Assembly: GCF_000400465.1 (NCBI RefSeq)
Contig: NW_008806275.1
Coordinates: 207,443-239,442 of the forward strand
DNA from: Wallemia ichthyophaga EXF-994
Lineage: Eukaryota; Fungi; Basidiomycota
Direction of reading: 5' to 3'
DNA: 32,000 bases
Shown here: positions 21,862 to 32,000 of the stretch, in pieces
How positions within the stretch are numbered: position 1 is the first letter of the stretch
Layout: the number at the start of each line of letters is the position of its first letter
Translations under genes and position numbers: made by a program
The notes under the pieces: generated by a model
What the model saw: only the letters and a program-made list of their open reading frames with translations
What the model was told of the DNA's origin: nothing
Database searches by the model: none

Positions 21862-23384
21862 ATGAGCTTATTTCCTTTCTCAGCGTTGCGGTGTGGCAGA
21901 GGAGGAGTTCTGGCTGTAGCATCCAACAATCAAATAGCTGTAATTGATGGGTTCGTGTGGCCTCGTTTACAATACTCCCACTCAGCCTTCTCAGCATCAA
22001 AGTCCTCAAGAGCACAGAAGGACACACGATGCCTATCAGAGTGCTCCTATTCAGCAGCGACGATAAGCAGCTGATAAGTACTGGCGACGATAAGCAGCTT
22101 AACGTTTGGAATATCGAGAAAGATGCACTCGTTCTCAAAGACACAGTGTGTGTGGGGCATCTGGCTTTATGACATCTGCTTACCACTCCTCAGCCTCATC
22201 AGCAAGCGTGCAAACTCACTCAATCTCCTCAACGAAGACACTGTCCTCGTTGGAGACAAATTCGGCGATATTTTCACCTACAAGCTCAATAGAACGGACC
22301 AAGACAAGGAGAATGACGCAAAAACTAAAAACAAGGACAAGGAACCACTGCTTGGACATGTCTCAATGGTTAATGATGTCGCCGTCACTCCCTCACACAT
22401 CATTTCTGCAGACAGAGATGCTCACATACGCATATCAAGGAACCCACTGGGATATGTCATTGATATGTTCTGTCTCGGCCACGAAAAGTTTATCACTGCA
22501 GTCGGTGTACTCGATGAAAATCTTCTTTTGTCTGGTGGTGGTGACGATTATATTATTCTGTGGAATTACAAAGAGGGCAAGGAAATGAGGCGATTTGACG
22601 TGAGAGATGCTGTTCTTGCTCATGCTTCAGTGAGAGCAATCAAAATTCAAGATAAGATGCTGAAGAGCGATGATATTCCGGCTGATTACGGTGAGCATAT
22701 TCTGTGCATTGATCGCATATTGGTTAGTGGAATTGGAAAGGATGCGGGTGGTGATGCTGTTGACCCACTCGTGCTCTTCACTTCATGCGGGTGAGTTGAA
22801 AGCGCTGTGCAAGCAGCTCCATTAACGTTATATCGCAGTGCGACAGGTGTTTTCTACGCGAGAAAATCAGCATTTGTAGAGGCCAACGAGTTCAATATCC
22901 AGGCTGTTGATTTGCAGCATCCTATCATCGAAATGGCAGACATGGGCGGAGGCAAGTTTGTTGTGACGCTCGATACATCCAGAGGAGCGCCAGATGCAGC
23001 TGCTGTACTCATGCTGAATTCTGAAGGAGAGGTGGGAGATTATGGCTCTATTGAGGTATTATCTGATAGATATACAGCTACAAATAAGTGAACAAAATTC
23101 GCTTGTGAGTACGTTGAATGGATTGACTGTGCAAGGTAAGACTGCTCTAACCTCTTACATATAATTCCGTCTAATATCATCCTCCAGGCGCAGAAAAGGA
23201 TGTCAAGCACCTCGACCTCTACTCTCAACTAGCCCTGCAGCCCAAAGTCGAAGGCGAAGACAATTTAGACGAGGAGAAAGAACATCCAGAGAAGAGTGGA
23301 AGGACTGGTGAAAAGCGCAGGGCGAGGGAGGCAGCCAAGATGTCAAATCAAGCTAAAAAAAGCAAGACAGATGAGTCGACGTAA
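21862..23384 (+). CDS. TRM82: tRNA m7G46 methyltransferase non-catalytic WD40 subunit (several introns)
   Basis: LISTGDDKQL, SKRANSL, VLVGDKFGDIF, LLGHVSMV, IISADRDAHIRISRNP, FCLGHEKFI and LLSGGGD are WDR4/Trm82 hallmarks. Basic C-terminal tail ending at TAA 23382-23384. Confidence 0.9.
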
Positions 23385-23440
23385 GGTAATAATCATCAAT
23401 TATGAATAGAAATACATTATTTGTCTATATGTCCACACTT

Positions 23441-24073
23441 TTAATCGCAAGATTCATCCAACCAGCCGTCTCTCCACCGTTGCGGCACCTTATCGCAATC
23501 GAAAATATCCTTACCGAGACGGGCATTGACGTCGTTGTGCATCTGGCACCTGTACGTGTATGTGTAAGACTATTGCGCGACCTGAACACGTAAGGCAACT
23601 TACATCCACAATTCAAGCGCAGAGCGTGTATGAACCTGTGGCGGCTGTTGTTTGACGTAACTGCGTAGATGGCTAGCGCAATCACCGCATGGGTAGAAAG
23701 AGCCAACTGAGCTAATTAGATTCTTCATCTGAGTTTGCTCACTTATACTGGCTGTGTGGGGGTAGTATGATGCCGCTGTATGTAGGAATGTCCATGTCTG
23801 CCGACCGAGTTGGTCTGCGTCGACTGGACACCCGAATTTGTCTGCTAGTGTTGGTTGGGCTAGTTTTTGGATATTGCTTTGGGTTTGCGTGTTGTTGGTG
23901 GTGTTGTTGGTGTTGTTGGTGTTGTTGGTGTTGTTGGTGTTGTTGGTGTTGGTGATGTTGCTCCCACTCCCACTACTCCCACTACTCCCACTTCCCCCTT
24001 TTCTCTGCTGCTTGGACCAACTTTTAAACGAATTGCACACCTTGCATGGCTTCCCATCCGCACCAATTTCCAT
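23441..24073 (-). CDS. ERV1: Mitochondrial FAD-linked sulfhydryl oxidase Erv1/ALR, 192 aa
   Basis: Exons 24073-23604 and 23549-23441 (54-nt intron). N-terminal DGKPCKVC shuttle, CP.D..QLGR.TWTFLH, YPCGDCA redox centre, [25 protein letters not shown]. Confidence 0.96.
23899..23992. repeat. Two adjacent 9-bp coding minisatellites in ERV1 (TNN x ~6 and GSS x ~3)
   Basis: (GGTGTTGTT)n at ~23899-23952 and (CTCCCACTA)n at ~23961-23992. Confidence 0.9.
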
Positions 24074-24134
24074 ATTACTAACACAGATCACAGTTGGTAT
24101 CAAAGTATAAATAATTATTTAATTTTATCATCTT

Positions 24135-26471
24135 TTAAAATGGCGTCTCACACACTACACACTTTCCAGCGCTGCTTGGCGATTTGCACATGCATATACT
24201 GCAGCTCCTCTCATTCCCGCCTTGCTTAGCCGCTGCCCAGAGGGGGTTGAGTGTGGCTGGTGTGGCTGATACTGTTGACGGCTGCTCGTCTACCCTTATG
24301 GCAAAGGAGATGGATGGTACTGCTTCCACCTTCTCCTTCAGCCCGGGTGCTATCTTGCTCACTGGGATATTAAGCAGCGAGTTGAAAGTAAATGAAGGTA
24401 TCTCCGATACTGCTTTAGATTGTGCTTTGTCCTTGGCGTCTTGTGGAGGTGGTGTAGTTGCGGTTGTGGCTGTGGTTGATGATTCTGGTGTTGGTGTCGA
24501 AGCTGGGAAAATGTTGACAAATGTGGAGCTCTTGTTGTCTTTCGCTTCACCTTCAACCTTGTTCACTTGCGCTTCCTTAGCTGCAGTTGAGAATGAGGGG
24601 AAAGATGGGAATTGCGATGGTTGAGGTTGTGCTTTACCCTTCTTCACTTGATCCTCTTCAAGTTCCTTATCATCGTCCGATGCCTTGGCTGGCTCTTCAT
24701 CTTTTGCTTCTTCCACTTCATCCATCTCCTCTTCGTCTTGTTCCAGTTCGTCGTGTTCCATTTCGTCACTCTCTTCTTCCTTCTCCTGTTCGACATCCTC
24801 TTCTTTCTCACCATCTACATCTACATCACTGTCACTGTCGATGTCTATGGTTTCAGTGGTTTTTGCAGGTGGCTTAGGCGAGGGTGGAGTTGGTTGCACA
24901 GACGAGGCGAAAGTAGGCTTCGGCTGAGAGGAATGTGATTGAGCGAGTGAGCTATTTTGTGGCTGTGTCTGTCCGAAAGCGCGATCGGTTGACTGCATCT
25001 CTAAAGCCTGCTTCTTCGGTGATGGTTCGGCTTTAGCTGCGAGTGGACCGAATGCTCCCGTTTCAGGCTGCGAACGACCTTCAGCTTTATCAAAGGAGGG
25101 TTTGCTCAGGTCGTTAGATGTCGCTGAACCTTTCTGCAACTCGTTCTCGTCAGCTTTTCTCTTGTTTTTCTATTAACGTCAGCTGGAGTGATCAAGGATG
25201 CTAATTTCACCTACGGATGGATCTGTCTGTTCGATCAGATCGAGTGCGCTTACGTTTGCACCTTTGTTTTCTTCTGATTTCTCTCCATCAGTCTTCTTCT
25301 CGGGAGCAACACTCTTCCTAGAATTAGAATCACGCAGCTTAGATGGTCGAGGTGTACGAGACTTAGAAATACGAGCGACAGGGTTGTTATTTTGGTATGG
25401 GTTGATGGTCTCATTTGATGGTTTGTTAGAAACAGGTTCATCACCCAAAACACCCAAAACAGCATCAGCAGCTCTACTACTGAGCTTTGAAGGTGTGTTG
25501 TGATCCTCTCTCTGCTTGCTTTTCTCAGGTGAGGGTGATTGAGATGATTGAGATTCAGCCGTTTGTACTTGACGGAGTGGAGAGGGTCGAACGACGGTAG
25601 CGGGTTTAGAAAACCGTGGAACACTCAAATGGGACGATTTTGAAGGAGTGGAAGTGAGTTTTGGTTGTGATTGCTGGTGTTTTTTGTTTTCTACCTGCTG
25701 CTGCTGCTGTTGTTGTTTTGAGTCTGCGTTTGAATCATCAGTTCTGCGCCTCTTGCCCGTGTCGATGGGGAGTGATGAACCAACGCCGATGGATCTGCCT
25801 ACATTTTCCAACGAGCTTGAGCTGTTTCTTCTATTTGATTGGGATGGGCTGCCGAAACCAGCGCCCATGTAGATAGGTCTCTTCCTTGCAGATAAAGAAC
25901 CACCGAGGCTTTGTCTGGAGTTTCTCGAACTTACGCTGCTTCTCTGGGAGAGGTTAGAACGGGCAGGGGATAAGAAAGCGTTAACAGAGCTAGTTTGTGG
26001 TTTGCGTGTGGGGGTAGTGGAAGTGCCTGGAGAGAATAGGGCGACGGAGGGGATGTTCTGTGATTGGTCGAGTGGAGGTTGTTGGATTGAGCTGCCGATC
26101 AATTTGAAACATTGAACGGCTTCCTCAGAGGTGAGTGAGCGGTTCCCCTTGTCTTTAAAAAAGTTGGATAGCAGGTTGTTGGTTTGCTGTGAATCATCTG
26201 GCTGTCTCCAGTCGATGAGATCTTCAGTGGGATGAGCGCCTAGTTCCTCGATATCCATTGGTGAGTCAATGTGGGCATCTTTAAGGCCATCTCCGTGATT
26301 GTCTCCGGAGCCGTGAGCATCGCCGGAGCCATCACCATCACCATCACCATCACCAGTGCCATCTCTATAACTCGATTTGAAGGGAGATGAAATTAAATTA
26401 TAAAAAGAGCTAAAACCAGTCGATCTCCTTTTTTTATTTTGAGTTTTTGAGTAAGGACTCGAGTGGTTCAT
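24135..26471 (-). CDS. Nuclear basket nucleoporin (Nup60/Nup1/Nup153-like) with a C-terminal RanBP2-type zinc finger, ~763 aa
   Basis: Exons 26471-25215 and 25169-24135 (45-nt intron) join two ORFs in frame. N-terminal basic patch plus amphipathic helix (KKRRSTGFSSFYNLISSPF), Nup60-like LSNFFKDKGNRSLTSEE, long S/T/P-rich disorder with FSF/FTF-like motifs, and terminal CSICMCKSPSSAGKCVVCETP. Confidence 0.68.
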
Positions 26472-26493
26472 GGTTGTAAGTGAACAACCAACA

Positions 26494-26985
26494 ATGCCTT
26501 CTCCAGAATCGCCAGGCCAATTTCCACTCATCGACGTTGATCCTCACTTCAGCAGAGTCGTTAGATTTTTCAGGCCATCTGACTACGTTGCCTGGGGTGC
26601 TCTGTCCACGGCCACCCCTGGTTTGTACTACGCTTGGGAACAAATCAACCCAACAAACGCCATCAAGCAAGTCAAAGTTAAATTGGCTGTGCCTACCACT
26701 CTCGGCGTGATCGGCGGCTTCTTACTCGCCTATCAAAGATCGTCCTTCAGATTCTTTGGTTGGACTGAGAATGGTCAAGAGCAGGAGAAAGATATGGCTG
26801 AGCTATCATCCAGAGCCAACCAAGGCAAACCCCTCTACGGTGACACTGGCCTCTCCCCATACCTCCAAGGCGTCGCTCACAGGAACTCTGCCTTCTCTCA
26901 ACTCAAATTGGCAACTATCCCGTGGTTTAACTTTGCTAACCATAGCCATCACGGTGTCGACGCTGACAAGTACTCAAATAACTAA
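26494..26985 (+). CDS. NADH:ubiquinone oxidoreductase 21-kDa accessory subunit (NUXM / NUO-20.9 family), 163 aa
   Basis: Intronless. PLIDVDPHFSRVVRFFRPSDY, YQRSSFRFFGWTEN..E, GKPLYG..LSPYLQGVAHRNS, PWFNFANH.HHGVD..KY. Confidence 0.92.
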   Translation: MPSPESPGQFPLIDVDPHFSRVVRFFRPSDYVAWGALSTATPGLYYAWEQINPTNAIKQVKVKLAVPTTLGVIGGFLLAYQRSSFRFFGWTENGQEQEKDMAELSSRANQGKPLYGDTGLSPYLQGVAHRNSAFSQLKLATIPWFNFANHSHHGVDADKYSNN

Positions 26986-27040
26986 TTTGTACAAATTTTC
27001 ATCCATTTCCCCCTTCTTCTCGTACCTCCATGAGCTGCAC

Positions 27041-29495
27041 ATGTCCGCCGTCGATACCAGCATCTCCCACGCGCACACCGCCGTATCCACCCACTTCCGC
27101 TCTCTCTCTCTATCGCTATCTCTCTGGTTCGTTCTCATCTCCACCGCCATCTCCGCAGGTATCATCTCTGCTTGTCTAGATATCATCATCGACTGGCTTT
27201 CTGATCTCAGGCAAGGCCACTGCACGTCTCTCTTCCTGCGCTCACTCAAGAGCTGCTGTCCGATGCACCACATGTGCGACGATTGGATCGAGCACACGAC
27301 GGCGACGAATAACATCATCGCCTTTCTTGTCTACGTCTTCTCTGCCATACTCTTGGCACTCGCATCAGCTACTCTCGTCGCTAAACTCGCTCCACGCGCT
27401 TTCCACACGGGCATCCCCGAAATCAAAGCTATTCTTGGCGGTATTGCTATACGAGATTTCTTATCAATGCGCACGCTCGTCGTGAAAGCTGTTGCGCTGT
27501 CCCTCAGTGTAGCCTCTGGGCTGTCTCTTGGCAAAGAAGGGCCACTGATACACGTCACCTGCGCTCTTGCCGAGTTGTACATGGGGGTGGTACGCAGGAT
27601 CGGTGTAGGTGTAGGTGACTGGACAAATTCCGGCGCGCGTCAGCGTCAGACATACGCAGCTGCTGCAGCTGCTGGTGTGAGTGTAGCATTCGGTGCACCA
27701 TTAGGAGGTGTGTGTCAACTTAACAGCCATCACCCTGCCCCCTCACCCTCAACTGCACAGGCGTCATGTTCGCATTGGAAGAACTTGACATAAATCTCTT
27801 CCCTACCAATACTCTCTGGCAGGCGTTTGTTTGTGCTGCACTCGCCGCAGTAACGCTGCAGTGGTGCAACCCATTCGGGACGGGGAAGCTAGTCCTCTTC
27901 TCCGTTTCTACTAACCAGTCTTGGAAGCAGTTTGAATTGGTCTTCTGGCTCCTCCTGGGCGCACTCGGCGGGTTGGCGGGTGTTGCGCTTTTACGGCTTA
28001 ACCTATTCTTCGCTAGGTTGCGCCGCGATACCACTCTCAGACGCTACCCTATCCTCGAAACGACCGCCGTCGCTCTCCTTACTGCTCTGCTGAGTTATGC
28101 GAGTATCCTGACGAGGTGTGTGGGTTTATTTTAGAGTGCTGTGTTGCTATAGTGCTATTTTGCTCTATTGCTATGCTATGCTCTTCAACACTCATACTCA
28201 CACTCACTGACACGCTCACAGAGTGCAGAACACTTCACTAGTCGCAGCGCTCTTGCAGGAGTGTTCCAATACCAACACCACATCAGCACCAACGCTACAG
28301 CTACATGCCACAGTGCTGCTTTGCAACAGTGACCGGCGTGTAAGCGTGACAGTTATGCTACTGGCCTACGCTGCCGTGGTGAAGCTGCTCCTTACAGCCT
28401 ACACATTCGGTCTCTCTGTACCTGCCGGTATATTTCTCCCGGGTCTCTCCATCGGTGCGTGTATGGGACGCGCTCTCGGTGGATTACTCGAATTGGTCGA
28501 AGAGCGCTACTCGACGCTAGCTATTTTCGCCGATTGTCATGGTGCGAGTGATGGTGGCGGGTGTATCCGCCCCGGTCTCTACGCTACTGTCGGCGCTGCT
28601 GCAACTCTCGCTGGTATTACGCGTATGACTGGTGAGTGAGGTTTTATTTTGTGGTGTTTTCTTCCTTTTACTTACTTTAATCTTTATCTCATCTCTCATC
28701 TCACCTTCTACAGTCTCGCTCGTCGTCATCATCTTCGAACTTACTGGCGCACTCTCGCACGTCGTCCCGATCATGATCGCGGTGATGACGGCCAAGTGGG
28801 TAGCAGATGCCTTTGGGAAGCAGGGTGTGTTCACGGCATGGATTTCTCACCAGCAGTACACATATATCCCGCAGGTGGATATTGATGTTGGGTTGGGGGT
28901 ACGGGGCGCGAGTGTCCGTGATATGCACGGCGTGTGTGCGCGCGACGTCGCTCTGTCCCATTATCCCACTCTGCCCGCTGATGGGGAGATTAGGGAATTG
29001 ATGGAGCTGACGCGTGGTAATGATGATGATGATGCTCACACTCACACTCATGGCTACGCTATCATTACCCGCAACGATAGTCTGCTTGTTGGTTGGGTTC
29101 AGGCAGAGAAGATTGTTGCTATTGGTGGTGTAGTGGAGTCTAATTCAACCATCCACTCTTCTTTCTCCTTCAACCAAACAGAAACCCCAGACACACTCGA
29201 TCTTAGCACATATGTCGATACAGCCCCGCTTTTCTTCTACGCGTCGACGCCAATTAACGTGATTGTAGCGACGTTCCAGAGTATGGGGGTGGATAGAGTG
29301 TTTGTTGTGAGCCAGCCAGGCACGCTAGTTGGAGTGATTGAGCGTGTACAGATATCGCAGCTGATGGCAGGCAGAGCGGGTGGATTGGGGCTGGGCTGGC
29401 CGGCATGTCTCACCAGAAGCAAAGGGAGAAAGGAATATGAGCAAGTGGAGATGGTTGAGCAGGCAGGGGAATACCAATTAGAAGAAGGAGGATGA
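27041..29495 (+). CDS. CLC family chloride channel / anion-H+ exchanger (3 introns)
   Basis: WLSDLRQGHC, TGIPEIKAILGG, LGKEGP, GVSVAFGAPLGG|VMFALEE (intron 27708-27760), NPFGTGKLVLF, PAGIFLP, GAAATLAGITRMT|VSLVVIIFELTG, and a degenerate CBS tail. The start codon is a best guess. Confidence 0.93.
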
Positions 29496-29571
29496 AGGAA
29501 CGTGAAAAAGATGGAAAAAGACAACAAAATGTTTTGTTTTATTTAAGATGACGATATCCGATCAAGATAGA

Positions 29572-29973
29572 TCAAGTAGACAGCTCTTGTACTTTCTCAG
29601 CATTGTTCATATCCTGCTCTCGTTGCTGCTTGTGCATATAAATTCTAGCAAGTTGAGTGAGACCAGTACAACCGACGCCAAAGTTAACAGCCGCGAGAGA
29701 GTAGTTTATGGGTTTGATGACAAGCGAGTACCTGACCCATATGAAACCAGTAGCAGCGAGTGCTAAATTCTGATTTAAACTCAGTTTATCTGCAGGTTTA
29801 TTGAAGTCTTTGAGTCCGGCAGCTACTAGAGCCCATTTCATCAACGGTGCCCAGAAGAAAACAGTTTTTGGGCCTAAATTAGATAAATAAGGGGATTGCT
29901 ATTGAAATATAATATCCCCACCCGCTGCCGAGTTCATAAATCTACCAAATCCAGATCCAGACGCAGAAGCCAT
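29572..29973 (-). CDS. MPC2: Mitochondrial pyruvate carrier subunit (MPC2-like), 117 aa
   Basis: Exons 29973-29922 and 29873-29572 (48-nt intron). AGPKTVFFWAPLMKWALV, LSLNQN.ALAATGFIWVRYSLVIKP.NYSLAAVNF, GLTQLARI. Confidence 0.93.
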
Positions 29974-30014
29974 TGTGATTGTTGATAAAGAACAGCCAAA
30001 AAAACCAAATTTAA

Positions 30015-32000
30015 ATGAAATTCACTCAGGCGTTGAATATTAATCTGGTACCAGAATGGAGTGATTATTATCTCGGTTATGAACAGCTCAAGAGGAGGAT
30101 ATATCAGCTAGAACGGGACTTGGAGACGCAGCAACCACGACAGCAACCACGACAGCAACCAAGTGATATTGAAACTCCTCTTCTATCCGCTACAGACTCG
30201 CCTGCGATTCGTTTATTCAGTCCAATCCTTGAAAAAGAAGTTGACAGGATTACCACCTTTTATAAGGATAAAGAGAGTGAATTAGATAGTGATCGACAAA
30301 GCCTCTTTAATTTCATTCATGCGACTGAGTTGGATGTCGTAAGGAATAGCCAGGATTTTAGACCTTCGAGAGATGACACCCGCGATACATACAATACACA
30401 TAATACACACAATACGCACGACAATAACGATCATAGCGATAGCGACGACGATGATGACGATATCACAAAGCATACTCAACCCAAGACTCACTTTGCAAGA
30501 CGATCTTTCAATGACGATTTTCACCATGATCAGCGTGATACAAACGTCGAAAACAACCCACCCAGACGCAAATCTATCGCTGTCATCAGAAGGCCCTCCC
30601 TTGATCTCCTTGATGACGACATTGAGGACTCTATCTGGACATCAAAATCCAATTACGCCATCGACCAGCGCATTATGATTAAAAAACGTCTCACTGAGCT
30701 CTTTGTGCAGTTCAGCGAGCTCAAGCAGTTTGCACAAATAAACGAAACTGGTTGCAAGAAAATTCTCAAAAAGTAAGCCACTCTGTGCCTTTAGACAACC
30801 TCTCACCCCACGCCACACTAAAGGTTTGACAAGATCACTGAAAACGATCTCAAAACCTCCTTTATGGATAATGTTGTCCTCGTCGCTTACCCTTTCACAG
30901 AAGAGACCAAGAAGAGAGTTGACAACATACTCGACCAGTTTATTGATGTATATGCACGCGTTGTTACCCTCAATAATCGCGCTGTCGCACACAATCAACT
31001 CAAAGCGCGTGAGTGATGTTTTTGATGAGTACTCATCACTCAACCTCTATAGATCTTCGCGAGTATGTCGTACTCGAGCGTAACAGTGTGTGGAGACAGG
31101 TGAGTTAAGCATCTCTACACAAGAACACCCCTCACACCTCTCAGATGGTTGGCCAGGAGCGTAGATCGCAAGGTGTTCAGATTCAGTCGCAGTCGTTGAC
31201 CGAAAAGAAACCTGCGACTGGTATTGCCAAGTACATTCCTCCCTGGCTCACCTCGAAGATGGTCGGGCTCCTTACTGCCGTCGTCGTCTTTATCACTCTC
31301 CTCAATCTCGACATATTCGACAAAGGCGAGGAGAATTGTCTCGCGCTTCTTGTGTTTTGTGTTATACTATGGTCATCAGAAGCAGTGCCGCTATTCGTCA
31401 CATCGCTGTCTGTGCCTCTCTTCATAGTCTTACTGCGCGTCGTCAAGTACCCCGATGGTCATAGAATGGAAGCGGAGGATGCAGCCAAGTATATACTATC
31501 CCAGATGATGAACCCAACCATATTCCTTCTCATTGGCGGCTTCACCATTGCTGCTGCACTATCCAAGCATGGCATTGACAGGGTTTTAGCCCTACGAATC
31601 CTCAACCTAGCAGGCACAGATCCCAAGCTAGTCCTGCTAGCACAGATGGGAGTTGCATGTTTCTCTGCGATGTGGATCTCCAACGTAGCCGCGCCTGTGC
31701 TATGCTACTCGCTCGCACAACCGCTCCTTCGCAAATTGCCACCCAAGTCTCCCTACGCACGGAGTATGATTCTCGGCATAGCGCTTGCAGCCAACATCGG
31801 TGGGCAGGCATCACCTATAGCGTCACCGCAGAATGTGATAGCGCTCGATGCGATGGATCCACCGATAGATTGGCTGCAGTGGTTCGCTATTGCACTACCA
31901 GTCGCGTCTACTTCGCTCGTCCTGATCTGGGGTCTGCTCCTCCTCAGCTACGGCAGCGGGGAGGGCACCGTCATCACCAAGCTTAAACCTTCAAAAGACA
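30015..32000 (+). CDS. SPX-domain low-affinity phosphate transporter (PHO87/PHO90/PHO91 family), truncated by window end
   Basis: SPX: MKF.....VPEW..YY..Y..LK, ELKQFAQINETGCKKILKK|FDK. SLC13/CitMHS permease: LWSSEAVPLFVTSL, IGGFTIAAALSK, MWISNVAAPVLCYSL, LAANIGGQASPIASPQN. Confidence 0.93.
30138..30170 (+). repeat. 12-bp coding tandem repeat (QQPR)x~3 in the SPX loop
   Basis: CAGCAACCACGA repeated. An NTH x3 repeat also lies at ~30392-30420. Confidence 0.8.

Noticed and set aside
23767-24229. Poly-Val/Leu/Cys-Trp plus-strand ORFs suggesting hydrophobic or Cys-rich peptides
   Set aside because: They are antisense readings of the ERV1 minisatellites.
24184-25876. Several plus-strand ORFs of 70-146 aa
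   Set aside because: They are antisense shadows of the low-complexity nucleoporin CDS.

Overview
Fungal (basidiomycete-type) genomic DNA with short introns (mostly ~43-60 nt, GT-AG) and extreme gene compaction. The style suggests Wallemia or a similar compact basidiomycete, but that is inference, not a database result. The window has two halves. (1) 1-16 kb is largely accessory. It holds the 5' end of S-formylglutathione hydrolase, a ~2.3-kb direct duplication (403-2787 / 5354-7738, offset 4951) carrying a secreted RlpA-like double-psi beta-barrel (expansin/barwin-related) gene, and decayed orphan paralogs between the copies. It also holds a multi-FAS1 membrane protein, LYS1, a tRNA-Gly(GCC) and two more RlpA-like genes that show a gene-conversion tract and an intron presence/absence difference. 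(2) 16-32 kb is a block of 12 housekeeping genes packed almost edge to edge: Arp9-like, FKBP2, ERG7, a 4-exon COX23 missed by the ORF track, RCF1, TRM82, ERV1, Nup60-like, NUXM, a CLC with altered anion-binding residues, MPC2 and a PHO87/90/91-type SPX transporter. The most striking signal is the gene spacing. Divergent start codons lie only 21, 22 and 41 nt apart and convergent stops only 12 and 31 nt apart, and the 21-nt pair joins two cytochrome c oxidase assembly factors. No CRISPR, rRNA or recognisable intact transposon was found.
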